Assembly: GCA_042216015.1 (NCBI GenBank)
Contig: JBDGUI010000011.1
Span: forward strand, 1-64,000
Length of the DNA stretch: 64,000 bases
Direction: 5' to 3'
From: Halodesulfurarchaeum sp.
GTDB lineage: Archaea; Halobacteriota; Halobacteria; Halobacteriales; Halobacteriaceae
Under the pieces are notes generated by a model. That model saw only the letters and a list, made by a program, of their open reading frames with translations, made no database searches and was not told the origin of the DNA. Shown one piece after another: positions 40,585 through 50,327 of this stretch; the first letter of the stretch is position 1; each line of letters begins with the position of its first letter. A program made the translations under genes and the position numbers.

Positions 40585-40657
40585 TGGCGCTTGCACCCGA
40601 TGGTACCCGGTCGGAACAGTTGAAGGTTTCGAAACCGCCGATCGAAGGGCACGATTA

Positions 40658-40712
40658 CGAAAGCGTTAAGTAATGTACAATCCTGTTCATCAAGTACCGA
40701 AATAGTACATTG
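40658..40712 (+). promoter_or_regulatory. trpDFEG promoter with TRP-box-like (TGTACA) sites
   Basis: CGAAA BRE-like, TTAAGTA TATA, then TGTACA (40674), AGTACC (40693), AGTACA (40704). Confidence 0.6.
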
Positions 40713-40720
40713 GATTGGCC

Positions 40721-41725
40721 ATGAAAGCATATATCGAACGCGTCGCCGAGGGTGAGGACCTCACCGTCTCACAGGCCCGTGCCGCGGCGACCCAGGTCTT
40801 CGAGGACGCGACCGACGCACAGATCGGGGCACTTCTGGCCGGGCTTCGGGCGAAGGGCGAAACCGAGGCCGAAATCGCGGGGTTCGCACAGGGAATGCGT
40901 GAGGCTGCCCGAACCATCGATCCCGACCGGAATCCGCTGGTCGACACCTGCGGGACCGGCGGGGACGACTACGACACGATCAACGTCTCGACCGCCAGTG
41001 CCATCGTCGCCAGCGGGGCTGGGGTCCCGATCGCCAAACACGGGAACTACTCGGTCTCCTCCTCGTCGGGCAGCGCCGATGTCCTCGAGGAGGTGGGGGT
41101 CGAGGTCGACGCCGAGCCGCAGGCGGTCGAGCGAGCGATCGAACGGACGGGAATCGGGTTCATGCTTGCTCCCGTCTTCCATCCGGCGATGAAGGCCGTC
41201 ATCGGGCCCCGGCAGGAACTGGGAATGCGGACGGTGTTCAACGTCCTCGGTCCGCTGACGAACCCGGCAGGGGCCGACGCCCAGGTTCTCGGCGTGTACG
41301 ATCGCGATCTCGTCCCGCTGGTCGGGCGGGCGCTCGCACACATGCCCGTGCAACACGCGATGGTCGTACACGGCTCCGGACTCGACGAAATCGCGATCCA
41401 CGACGAGACGATCGTCGCCGAGATCGAGGGCGATTCCATCGAGGAGTACACCATCCACCCGTCGGATCTGGGGCTCACACGAGCAGGGATCGAGGCCGTT
41501 TCCGGGGGCAGCCCGGCCGAGAACGCGAGACACCTCAGTAGAATCCTCGACGGGACCGCCGACGGGGCGATGCGAGACATCGTCCTCGCGAACGCCGGGG
41601 CAGCCATCTACGTCGCAGGCGAGGCAACCTCCCTCTCCGACGGGGCCGAGGCAGCCGCCAGGGCGATCGACTCCGGCAACGCCGAGGCGAAACTCGCCGA
41701 CCTGAAGGGGATTCCGGCGGCCTGA
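40721..41725 (+). CDS. trpD: Anthranilate phosphoribosyltransferase
   Basis: DTCGTGGD, NVST, KHGN, GSADVLE, RTVFN.LGPL.NP, LDE. Confidence 0.98.
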   Translation: MKAYIERVAEGEDLTVSQARAAATQVFEDATDAQIGALLAGLRAKGETEAEIAGFAQGMREAARTIDPDRNPLVDTCGTGGDDYDTINVSTASAIVASGAGVPIAKHGNYSVSSSSGSADVLEEVGVEVDAEPQAVERAIERTGIGFMLAPVFHPAMKAVIGPRQELGMRTVFNVLGPLTNPAGADAQVLGVYDRDLVPLVGRALAHMPVQHAMVVHGSGLDEIAIHDETIVAEIEGDSIEEYTIHPSDLGLTRAGIEAVSGGSPAENARHLSRILDGTADGAMRDIVLANAGAAIYVAGEATSLSDGAEAAARAIDSGNAEAKLADLKGIPAA

Positions 41726-41726
41726 C

Positions 41727-42359
41727 ATGGTCCGCGTGAAGATCTGTGGGCTCACCCACGGGGACGACGTGCAGGCGGCCGTCGAAGCGGGCGTCGACGC
41801 CGTCGGGGCGATCGTCGACGTGCCCGTCGAGACGCCCCGAGCGGTCTCACCGGAGAGGGCTGCGAGGCTCTTCGTGGAGGTGCCGCCGTTCGTCAGCACC
41901 GTCCTCGTGACCATGCCGGAGACCGTCGCACGGGCACGGGAACTCGTCGAGACGGTCCGTCCCGACGCGATCCAGATTCACGAGGGGCTCTCCCCTCCGG
42001 GGGTGGCGACACTCTCCGAAACCGGGGTCGAAACGATCGCGTCCGTGAACCTCGACGAGCCCGCTCTCGAGGAATACGCCGAGGTAGCTGACGCCCTTCT
42101 CGTCGACTCCAGCGACGAGGACGGGGCCGGGGGAACCGGACGGACACACGATTGGAACGCGACGCGGGACTTGGATCCCCTCGAGGCACCGCTCGTCCTC
42201 GCTGGAGGCCTCACCCCGGGAAACGTCGAGACGGCCGTCGAGCGGGTGGAGCCCTACGCGGTCGACGTGGCCTCGGGGGTCGAGCGTGCACCGGGTCGAA
42301 AGGACGCGGCCCTGATGCGCCAGTTCGTCGACCGAGCCCGGGCGGGGGCTGTCAGATGA
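41727..42359 (+). CDS. trpF: Phosphoribosylanthranilate isomerase
   Basis: VKICGLT, QIH, GGTG..HDW, LAGGL, VDVASGVE. Confidence 0.97.
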   Translation: MVRVKICGLTHGDDVQAAVEAGVDAVGAIVDVPVETPRAVSPERAARLFVEVPPFVSTVLVTMPETVARARELVETVRPDAIQIHEGLSPPGVATLSETGVETIASVNLDEPALEEYAEVADALLVDSSDEDGAGGTGRTHDWNATRDLDPLEAPLVLAGGLTPGNVETAVERVEPYAVDVASGVERAPGRKDAALMRQFVDRARAGAVR

Positions 42360-43927
42360 CCGAGTTCGGCGTCTCCCGGGCCGAGTTCGCCGATCTCGTC
42401 GCTGGGCCCGATCCCGTGGTCGCCCGGGTCGCTGCCGAACTCCCGGTGGACGTCTCGCCCCTCGCGGCTGCGGTCTCTCTCGAGGATCGGAGCGAGTACG
42501 GCTTCCTCCTCGAGAGCGGCGAGAAAACGGCCGCGAGCGACCCGGCCGACGCGTTTTCGGCCGGTGATTCCACCGAGCGTCACGCCCGATTTTCCTTCGT
42601 TGGCTACGACCCGGACGCGGTGATCACCCTCGACGCCGACGGCGATTCCATCGAACGGCTCCGAAACTCCGCCGCGGCCGACCTCGTGAAGCCGGGAGAC
42701 GGCGACGTTCTCGACCGGCTCCGGGGAGCACTTCCGGACATCGAACGCCGTGGGTTTTCCGATGGCGACCGGCAACTCCTCTCCGGCGGGGTCGTGGGAT
42801 TTCTCGCCTACGACGCCGTGTACGACCTCTGGCTCGCCGAGGTCGGCCTCGAGCGACCCGATCGCCGGGTGCCGGACGCCCAGTTCGTCCTCACTACCCG
42901 AACCCTCGTCTTCGATCACGCCGCCGGGACGGTCTCGCTCGTGTTCACCCCGGTGGTCCGGCCAGGTGACGATCCCGACGGGGTGTATGACGAACTACTC
43001 ACCGAGGCCAGAACGGTGGCAGAACGGTTGGCCTCGACAGACGAGAAACCGGCCACGGTTGGTGGCTTTCGACGGACAGACGAGCGGGCTGGCGACCGCG
43101 AGACCTACGAAGACGCCGTCAAGGCGGCCAAACGGGCCGTCAACGATGGCGAGGTCTACCAGGCGGTGATCTCGCGCACCCGGGAACTCGACGGGGAGAT
43201 CGATTCCGTCGGGCTCTACGAGTCGATGCGGTCGGTCAACCCGTCGCCGTACATGTACTTGCTCTCCCACGGTGACCGCTCGATCGTGGGGGCCAGCCCC
43301 GAGACCCTCGTCTCCGTCGCGGGCCAGACGGTGTTGAACAACCCGATCGCGGGCACCTGCAAGCGAGGGTCGAGTCCCGCCGAGGATCGACGGCTGGCCG
43401 GGGAGATGCTGGCCGACGACAAGGAACGGGCCGAGCACACGATGCTGGTGGATCTCGCCCGGAACGACGTCCGGCGAGTGTCCCGGCCGGGAAGCGTCGA
43501 CGTCGAGGAGTTCATGCGCGTGCTGAAATATAGCCACGTCCAGCACATCGAGTCGACGGTGACGGGCCGGCTCCGGAAGGACCAGGACGCCTTCGACGCC
43601 ATCCGGGCCTGCTTCCCGGCGGGGACTCTCTCCGGTGCACCAAAGATCAGGGCGATGGAACTCATTCACGAACTCGAATCCGAGCCTCGGGGAGTCTATG
43701 GCGGCGGTGTGGGCTATATCTCCTGGCAGGGGGACGCGGACATGGCGATCGTGATCCGGACCGCGACGATCGAACACGGTGATCCTGACCGACTGCGGGT
43801 CAGGGCGGGGGCCGGTGTCGTCGCCGACTCGGATCCGGCAAGCGAGTACGCGGAGACCGAGGCGAAGATGGACGGCGCGCTAACCGCCGTCGAGGCCTTA
43901 GAGGCGCGGGGTGAACCATCGCCATGA
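42356..43927 (+). CDS. trpE: Anthranilate synthase component I
   Basis: LLES, NPSPYMY, GASPE, PIAGT, EHTMLVDLARND, PAGTLSGAPK. Confidence 0.97.
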   Translation: MTEFGVSRAEFADLVAGPDPVVARVAAELPVDVSPLAAAVSLEDRSEYGFLLESGEKTAASDPADAFSAGDSTERHARFSFVGYDPDAVITLDADGDSIERLRNSAAADLVKPGDGDVLDRLRGALPDIERRGFSDGDRQLLSGGVVGFLAYDAVYDLWLAEVGLERPDRRVPDAQFVLTTRTLVFDHAAGTVSLVFTPVVRPGDDPDGVYDELLTEARTVAERLASTDEKPATVGGFRRTDERAGDRETYEDAVKAAKRAVNDGEVYQAVISRTRELDGEIDSVGLYESMRSVNPSPYMYLLSHGDRSIVGASPETLVSVAGQTVLNNPIAGTCKRGSSPAEDRRLAGEMLADDKERAEHTMLVDLARNDVRRVSRPGSVDVEEFMRVLKYSHVQHIESTVTGRLRKDQDAFDAIRACFPAGTLSGAPKIRAMELIHELESEPRGVYGGGVGYISWQGDADMAIVIRTATIEHGDPDRLRVRAGAGVVADSDPASEYAETEAKMDGALTAVEALEARGEPSP

Positions 43928-44571
43928 AGGTGCTGGTCGTCGACAATTACGACTCCTTCACCTACAACCTCGTCGAGTACATCTCGGAGAGTCGATTGCC
44001 GGACGGAAGCAGACCCGAGACGGCCGTCGTGAAGAACACGGTCGGGCTCGAGCGGATTCGGGCTGAGGACCCGGACGCGATCGTCATCAGCCCCGGGCCG
44101 GGACACCCGAAAAACGATCGCGACGTCGGGGTGTCGGCGCCAGTGCTCGGGGAGGTGTCCAGAACGGTCCCGACGCTGGGGGTCTGTCTCGGGATGGAGG
44201 CGGCCGTTTCGGTCCACGGCGGACGGGTCGGCCCCGCCCAGGAGCCGGTTCACGGAAAGGCTGCCACGATTGCACACGACGAGCGCGGGATCTTCGACGG
44301 CATCGGGCAGGGGTTTCAGGGCGGTCGGTACCACTCGCTCATCGCACTCGACGTACCGGACTCCTTCGAGATCTCGGCCCGAACGGAACGCGACGACCGC
44401 CGAATCCCGATGGCGATTCGCCACCACGAATATCCGATCGTAGCCGTCCAGTTTCACCCGGAGAGCGTGCTCACCGCCGTCGGCCATCAACTCGTCGGAA
44501 ACTTCCTCGCGGCCGCTCGCACGGATCGACTTCCCGCGACGGAGGAACCGGCAGCAAAAGCCGAGTTCTGA
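43924..44571 (+). CDS. trpG: Anthranilate synthase component II (glutamine amidotransferase)
   Basis: DNYDSFTYNL, SPGPG, GVCLG, RYHSL, QFHPES. Confidence 0.97.
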   Translation: MKVLVVDNYDSFTYNLVEYISESRLPDGSRPETAVVKNTVGLERIRAEDPDAIVISPGPGHPKNDRDVGVSAPVLGEVSRTVPTLGVCLGMEAAVSVHGGRVGPAQEPVHGKAATIAHDERGIFDGIGQGFQGGRYHSLIALDVPDSFEISARTERDDRRIPMAIRHHEYPIVAVQFHPESVLTAVGHQLVGNFLAAARTDRLPATEEPAAKAEF

Positions 44572-44804
44572 GCCGTTTGGATGTATTGGGAGCGAGGGGA
44601 ACCGATTCCACTTTCGGTCCGCTGGGAGTAGGCTTATACTGGTCCCACCGTTACCCGAGTAGTGGTTACACACCCGCCAGGCGTGGTCTTGTTCCGCGCC
44701 CCCCAGGCGGGAAACGAAACGTATCAGCCGGCGTGGGGCCAACCCGGCACTGGACACATGCACATGGGACATTCGCGGACAGATCTGACACTGGAGGTAT
44801 CGAG

Positions 44805-47800
44805 ATGAGTACGGAACCGACCGGAGAGTACACGTTGCCCGTCAAGCGGGTCACTGGAGACACCCTCGAGGATCGACTCACCGAGAACGCCTATCACAAC
44901 ATCCTCCCCGCCCGGTATCTCAAACAGGACGCCGAGGGCAATCTCGTCGAGGACCAGGAGGATCTCTTCGTTCGCGTCGCCCGAAACATCGCACTCGCGG
45001 AGGCGCCATACGAGGCCGCAAAGCGGGATCTCGAGGTCACCGTCCGGCCGGACCAGATCAAACCGGACCACCCCCGGCGGGACGAACTGAGCGCGGATGT
45101 CTTCGGGGAGGGAACGACCGTCGAAGACGGCGTCGAGACCGAACTCACGCCGGAAAACGTCAATAAGTTCGCTTACGGGACCGTCGTCCCCGAACTCCCG
45201 GACCCGATCGGGGACCACGTCGCGGAGATTGCAGACGAGTACGAGGAGTTGATGTCGTCTCTTTCGTTCATGCCGAACTCCCCGACGCTGATGAACGCGG
45301 GGAACGAACTCCAGCAGCTCTCTGCCTGCTTCGTCAACTCCCCGGATGACGACCTCGCTGACATCCACGAGACGGCAAAGGAGGCCGCCCTGACCTTCCA
45401 GAGCGGGGGCGGCATGGGGTATGCCTTCTGGAAGCTTCGCCCGTACGGCGATCCAGTGGGGTCGACGGGCGGCATCGCCTCCGGTCCCATCACCTTCATG
45501 CGAACGTTCGACCAGATGACCGAGACCATCGCTCAGGGCGGCACCCGCCGCGGGGCCCAGATGGCGGTCATGCGCATCTCCCATCCCGACGTCGTCGAGT
45601 TCATCCACTCGAAGAACAAGGATGTCTCCCTCGCTCACACCCTCAAGCTCAACGACCCCGACGATCCCACCTACACCGACTTCTCGGAGGCCCTCGAGGA
45701 GGCCCGGGAGTTGATCGACGAGGAGGGACGGGTTCCAGAACACCTCCGGAATGCCGTCGAGGGCCACCTCTCGAATTTCAACATCTCCGTCGGCGTGACC
45801 GACGGCTTCATGGAGGCCCTCGCGAACGACGAGGAGTACACCCTCACGAACCCCCGCACTGAGGAGCCCCACAACGCGACCGAGGAGACGAAGGAGATGT
45901 ACAGCCGGTATGGGCTTGGCGAGTACGTCGAGGTCGGCGAGGAACTGTCGCTCCCGGCCTCGGTCCTCTGGGATCGCATCGTCGAGGGCGCCCACGAGAA
46001 CGGCGAGCCCGGCGTGATCTATCTCGAGCGAGCGAACAAGGAACACTCCTTCGACGTGGAGGAGCATCCCGACCACCGGATGCTCGCCACGAACCCCTGT
46101 GTCACGGGCGAGACCTTGATCAGCACGGAAGACGGGCTCGTGCCGGCCGAAGAGTTGTACGAGCGGGGAGTCGCCCGGAACGTCGTCGTCGACGGCCGCC
46201 TGAGCAATGACACCGTCAAGGAAGCCAGCAGCGTCTTCAAGACGGGCGAGAAGGACGTCTACGAACTGACGACCGAAGAGGGGTACCAGCTCCGGCTGAC
46301 CGCCGACCACCGCATGATGACCGCGGACGGCTGGGTCGAAGCCCAGGATCTGGACCCCGGCGACAGCGTTCACGTCCAGAATCGAAAGGGTGTGTTCGGC
46401 ACCCACGGATCCGCCGAGGAGGGACGCGTCCTTGGCTGGCTCGTCGGAGACGGCCATCTCAAAGACGGCGAGGAACGGGCCGTTCTCAACTTCTACGACG
46501 AAGACGCCACGATCTCCGAGGAGTTCGCCGCGGACGTGAACGAGGTCGTCCGCGAGCCGCTCGGAAACGGCGGGTACGAGGTCGGCGTCAGCGAAATCGC
46601 CCGGTCCGACGACTATCGGGGCGCTCAGGCCGTCGAACAGCGCGTTCGCTCGAGCCGATTGTACGAATACGCCGCGGAGGCCGGGCTCGCCGAGGAGAAA
46701 TTGCAGGTCCCCGAGGCCGTCATGCGCGGGAGCGAGGAGATGGCCCGTGGCTTCCTCCGGGCACTCTTTACCGCCGACGGTGGCGTGCAGGGAACCGTCG
46801 AGAAAGGGGTGTCAGTCCGACTGACAAGTACCAGCACCGGACTGCTACGGGACGTCCAGCGCCTCCTGCTCAGCTTCGGCGTCTTCAGCAAGCTCTACGA
46901 GAACCGTCACGAGGCCGGCCAGCAGAAAATGCCGGACGGAAACGGCGGCACGGCGACCGACGACCGGCAGGCCGATCACGATCTGGTCATTTCGAAGGAC
47001 GGGCTTCTCGCCTTCCGCGAGGAAATCGGATTCCTCCGCGAGGACAAGAACGCGGCCCTCGACGACCGGCTTTCGGAGTACAGACGGGCTCCAGATAGCG
47101 AAACGTTCGAGGCGACAGTCGAATCCGTCGAGTACGACGGTCACGAACCGGTGTACGACCTGACCGAGCCGGACACCCACTCCTTCGTCGCCAACGGGCT
47201 GGTGTGTCACAATTGCGGAGAACAGCCCTTGGAGGAGTACGAGGCCTGCAACCTCGGGCACATCAACCTCTCGACGATCGTCGCCGAGGAACACCCGGAC
47301 TGGCGGGCGTGGTCGGCGGCGAACGAAGCCGGATACACCGACCAGACGGCGGCCATCGTCGCGTTCCTCGAGGAGGCCATCGACTGGGAGGAGTTCGATC
47401 GCCGCATCCGACTCGGCACCCGCTTCCTCGAGGACGTCGTCACGATGTCCGACTTCCCCGTCGAGCAGATCACCGAGACCGTCCGGGAGATGCGAAAGAT
47501 CGGCCTCGGGATCATGGGCATCGCCCAGCTGTTCGTCCAGCTCGGGATGCGGTACGGTTCCGACCCGGCAAACGAGGTCGCCCGCCAGCTCATGATGCAC
47601 ATCAACCACGAGTCGAAGCGCGCCTCTCATGACCTCGCAACCGACCGGGGGACCTTCACGGAGTGGGAGCACTCGAAGTACGCCGATCCGACCCGGTATG
47701 CGGAGTGGTTCGAGCATCACACGGGCGAGGACCCGGCGGAGTGGGCAGACGGGTATCCCATCCGCAATCACAACACGACCACGATCGCCCCGACGGGGAC

Positions 47801-49031
47801 GACCTCCATGGTGGGCAATACGACTGGCGGCTGTGAGCCCATCTTCAACGTGGCCTACTACAAGAACGTCTCCGACGACGTGCAGGGCGAGGAGATGCTC
47901 GTCGAGTTCGACGACTACTTCCTGCGAACTCTGGAGGCAAACGACATCGACGTCGAGACGGTCAAAGCCGAGGCGAAAGAGCAGATGGCCACAAACGAGT
48001 TCGACGGCGTCGAGGGCCTCTCGACGGTCCCCGACGCGATCGCCGAACTCTTCGTCACCTCGAGTGACCTGACCGGCAAGGAACACGCCTCGATCCAGAC
48101 CGCCCTCCAGGAGGGCGTCGACTCCTCCATCTCCAAGACGGTGAACTTCCCCCGAGAGGCGACCGTCGAGGAGATGGACGAGGTCTTCCGGTACATCTAC
48201 GACCACGGCGGCAAGGGCGTGACCGTCTACCGGGACGGCACCCGGTCGAAGCAGGTCCTCACGACCCGGGCCCAGAACGCGGAGTTCGCCGACATGGACG
48301 AGGAGGAAGCCGCCGAACTGATCGTCGAGCACATCGAGACCGTCTTCGGCAGCTTTGCTGATTTCATCGACCACGAGGCGGTCCTCGATCTCCTCGGCTC
48401 CGACCTCGAGGGCCTCGATACGCCCGATTACGCCGAGAAGCGATCCCGTCCCGACGCGCTCCAGGGCGTGAGCCAGCGCATCGACACCGGCTATGGAAAA
48501 CTCTACGTGACGATCAACGAGGACGAGCGGGGACGACCCTTCGAACTCTTCGCGAACATCGGGCACTCCGGTGGGTTCACGAATTCATTCACCGAGGCAC
48601 TCGCGAAGGTCATCTCGACCGCGCTGCGGTCCGGCGTGGATCCCTACGAGATCGTCGACGAACTCAAGGGCACCCGAAGTCCCAAGGTGGCCTGGGACAA
48701 GGGCGAGCAGATCAACTCGATTCCGGACGCGATCGGAACCGCGATGTGGCGATACCTCGAGGATCAGGTCGACAAACCCTATCCCCAGCAGGAGACCCTC
48801 GACGACATCGAGGGCGGGATCAGCGAGGGCCCCTCGAAGACCGTCGAGACGGAGTCCGAAACCGATGGCGGCAGGGCCACGACCGAAACCCCAGACGCGG
48901 AACTCGACTCGACCCAGTCCCTGATCGACGCTGGCGAGAGCCCGGAATGTCCGGAGTGTGGGTCGATGGACCTCTACTATTCGGAGGGCTGTAAGACCTG
49001 TCAGTCCTGTGGCTGGAGCGAGTGTAGCTAA
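44805..49031 (+). CDS. nrdJ: Adenosylcobalamin-dependent (class II) ribonucleotide reductase with intein
   Basis: PNSPTLMN, LSACFV, QSGGG, RRGA, NP|CGE, IAPTGT, DSSISKTVN, TVYRDG, C-terminal TSCPD-like domain and CPECG...C..C..C. Confidence 0.96.
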   Translation: MSTEPTGEYTLPVKRVTGDTLEDRLTENAYHNILPARYLKQDAEGNLVEDQEDLFVRVARNIALAEAPYEAAKRDLEVTVRPDQIKPDHPRRDELSADVFGEGTTVEDGVETELTPENVNKFAYGTVVPELPDPIGDHVAEIADEYEELMSSLSFMPNSPTLMNAGNELQQLSACFVNSPDDDLADIHETAKEAALTFQSGGGMGYAFWKLRPYGDPVGSTGGIASGPITFMRTFDQMTETIAQGGTRRGAQMAVMRISHPDVVEFIHSKNKDVSLAHTLKLNDPDDPTYTDFSEALEEARELIDEEGRVPEHLRNAVEGHLSNFNISVGVTDGFMEALANDEEYTLTNPRTEEPHNATEETKEMYSRYGLGEYVEVGEELSLPASVLWDRIVEGAHENGEPGVIYLERANKEHSFDVEEHPDHRMLATNPCVTGETLISTEDGLVPAEELYERGVARNVVVDGRLSNDTVKEASSVFKTGEKDVYELTTEEGYQLRLTADHRMMTADGWVEAQDLDPGDSVHVQNRKGVFGTHGSAEEGRVLGWLVGDGHLKDGEERAVLNFYDEDATISEEFAADVNEVVREPLGNGGYEVGVSEIARSDDYRGAQAVEQRVRSSRLYEYAAEAGLAEEKLQVPEAVMRGSEEMARGFLRALFTADGGVQGTVEKGVSVRLTSTSTGLLRDVQRLLLSFGVFSKLYENRHEAGQQKMPDGNGGTATDDRQADHDLVISKDGLLAFREEIGFLREDKNAALDDRLSEYRRAPDSETFEATVESVEYDGHEPVYDLTEPDTHSFVANGLVCHNCGEQPLEEYEACNLGHINLSTIVAEEHPDWRAWSAANEAGYTDQTAAIVAFLEEAIDWEEFDRRIRLGTRFLEDVVTMSDFPVEQITETVREMRKIGLGIMGIAQLFVQLGMRYGSDPANEVARQLMMHINHESKRASHDLATDRGTFTEWEHSKYADPTRYAEWFEHHTGEDPAEWADGYPIRNHNTTTIAPTGTTSMVGNTTGGCEPIFNVAYYKNVSDDVQGEEMLVEFDDYFLRTLEANDIDVETVKAEAKEQMATNEFDGVEGLSTVPDAIAELFVTSSDLTGKEHASIQTALQEGVDSSISKTVNFPREATVEEMDEVFRYIYDHGGKGVTVYRDGTRSKQVLTTRAQNAEFADMDEEEAAELIVEHIETVFGSFADFIDHEAVLDLLGSDLEGLDTPDYAEKRSRPDALQGVSQRIDTGYGKLYVTINEDERGRPFELFANIGHSGGFTNSFTEALAKVISTALRSGVDPYEIVDELKGTRSPKVAWDKGEQINSIPDAIGTAMWRYLEDQVDKPYPQQETLDDIEGGISEGPSKTVETESETDGGRATTETPDAELDSTQSLIDAGESPECPECGSMDLYYSEGCKTCQSCGWSECS
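46098..47213 (+). mobile_element. Intein with LAGLIDADG homing endonuclease (372 aa)
   Basis: Starts CVTGET, block B TADH, LAGLIDADG motifs LGWLVGDG and FLRALFTADG, block F VYDLT, ends VCHN followed by Cys+1. Confidence 0.96.
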
Positions 49032-49115
49032 CGTCTCGGCCGGGAGCCGTTCTCGATGCAGCTTGCGTGATCGATTCGGTGCGTATTTTTCTCGTTTCTC
49101 GGAGACCGGATTGAC

Positions 49116-49763
49116 TCACTCGACCGAGAGTCGATCGGTCGTCACTCGATAGAGCGGTCCCGCAAGCAACAACCCCGCGGCCAGGGCCCCGGTGAGGAGA
49201 AGGCGCCAGTCCACCGCAATCGCCCGAACCGAGAAGGCGTTCACCGAGTGACCGACCGTGACGGCCGCGATGGTCCACGGGAGTTCGCCGACCAGGGTCC
49301 CAAGCACGAAGGACCGAAGCGGGACACCGCCGAATCCCGCGGCCGCCGAGATGGCCTCGGCCGGGGTCGGTGCGAGCCGCGCGGCGATCATGCCCCGAAG
49401 ATCGCCGGCGGTCTGAAAATACCGCCGGCTCCCACCCGTGAACCACGAACCGATTCGGCCATCGAAGGCCAATCGGTGAGCGCCGAGGTAGGGAATGAAA
49501 CTCGTCGCGACCGCCCCGAGGAGGGCGATGGGGAGGCCGAGCGCGATGCCATAGCGGAACCCGGCCAGTCCCGAGAGCACGGTGATGGGCCACCCGAGGA
49601 ACGGTCGGAGTGTGTAGAGCCCCACGAGGAGAATCGGGAACCAGGGGCTGTAAAGAACGGCCACGACCTTTCGGATGACGGTCGCCGGTCGGAACAGAAG
49701 CGCCAGCGCGAGGAGCAGGAGCAAGAATGCCCCGAGGATCAATTGCCGCCGCGAGACCACCAT
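49116..49763 (-). CDS. TVP38/TMEM64 (VTT/DedA-associated) membrane protein
   Basis: Hydrophobic; RPFL.WP..LS.LAGF.YG, RLAP.P, F.LGT..GELP. Confidence 0.85.
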   Translation of the reverse strand: MVVSRRQLILGAFLLLLLALALLFRPATVIRKVVAVLYSPWFPILLVGLYTLRPFLGWPITVLSGLAGFRYGIALGLPIALLGAVATSFIPYLGAHRLAFDGRIGSWFTGGSRRYFQTAGDLRGMIAARLAPTPAEAISAAAGFGGVPLRSFVLGTLVGELPWTIAAVTVGHSVNAFSVRAIAVDWRLLLTGALAAGLLLAGPLYRVTTDRLSVE

Positions 49764-49817
49764 TACCACCGCTTCGTATCCCGGGCCTCTTGAGCGGCAT
49801 GGATCGGTTCCGATCAC

Positions 49818-49920
49818 CCGTTCCACCCGACTGGACTTCCTGCCGGAATTATCGTTTCACCCGGCTGGATACGGCCCGCAGAAACGTTCGTTTCATTCGA
49901 CCGGACACGGTCCCGCAGAA
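49818..49920. repeat. Degenerate ~35-bp tandem repeat, about 3 copies
   Basis: CCGTTCCACCCGACTGGAC..GGAA / TCGTTTCACCCGGCTGGATACGGCCCGCAGAA / TCGTTTCATTCGACCGGACACGGTCCCGCAGAA at about 49818, 49852, 49888. Confidence 0.7.
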
Positions 49921-49952
49921 GCTTTAATCTCGAGCCGGTCGAGCCGTCGAAC

Positions 49953-50312
49953 GTGCCGGACGACGACCGCGTCGAACTGGGGATCGAATTGCTCGCCCGC
50001 TTCGAGGACGAGGAACTGTCGGTCGCGGCGGCCATCGATCGGCTCGAGACGATCACGACCGATCCCCGGACCACCCGCGAGATTCTCGAACGGGCCGAAG
50101 CGAGGGGCCTCATCGAGCGAAAGGAGGGCCAAATCGTGCCCACTGGGGCGAATTACCTCAGTTTCGAACGCGAGGTCAAAACGAAGGAGGGCGATTTCAC
50201 GTGCCGCCGGTGTGGCGCCTCCCTGTCGACGGGCTATTTCATGACCTTCGAGTCCGGCGAACACGGCCCCTTTGGCTCCTCGTGCATTCGAAAGGTGACG
50301 GGACGGGAATGA
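49953..50312 (+). CDS. Haloarchaeal DUF5830-like protein with C-terminal Zn-finger-like motif
   Basis: CRRCGA...GPFGSSCIRKVTG; GTG start with TTTAAT upstream. Confidence 0.8.
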   Translation: MPDDDRVELGIELLARFEDEELSVAAAIDRLETITTDPRTTREILERAEARGLIERKEGQIVPTGANYLSFEREVKTKEGDFTCRRCGASLSTGYFMTFESGEHGPFGSSCIRKVTGRE

Positions 50313-50327
50313 AACCCGCACTGGGAG

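Noticed and set aside
44620..44680. Possible NrdR box upstream of nrdJ (ACCCGAGTAGTGGT)
   Set aside because: Poor match to the NrdR palindrome and no clear tandem second box.
44577..44804. N-terminal extension of nrdJ in the ORF track (similarly for rtcB, trpE, sucC, cofD, maeB, GT2)
   Set aside because: Extensions are non-acidic and overlap promoters or neighbours; downstream starts fit family N-termini, e.g. GGAGG before ATG 44805.
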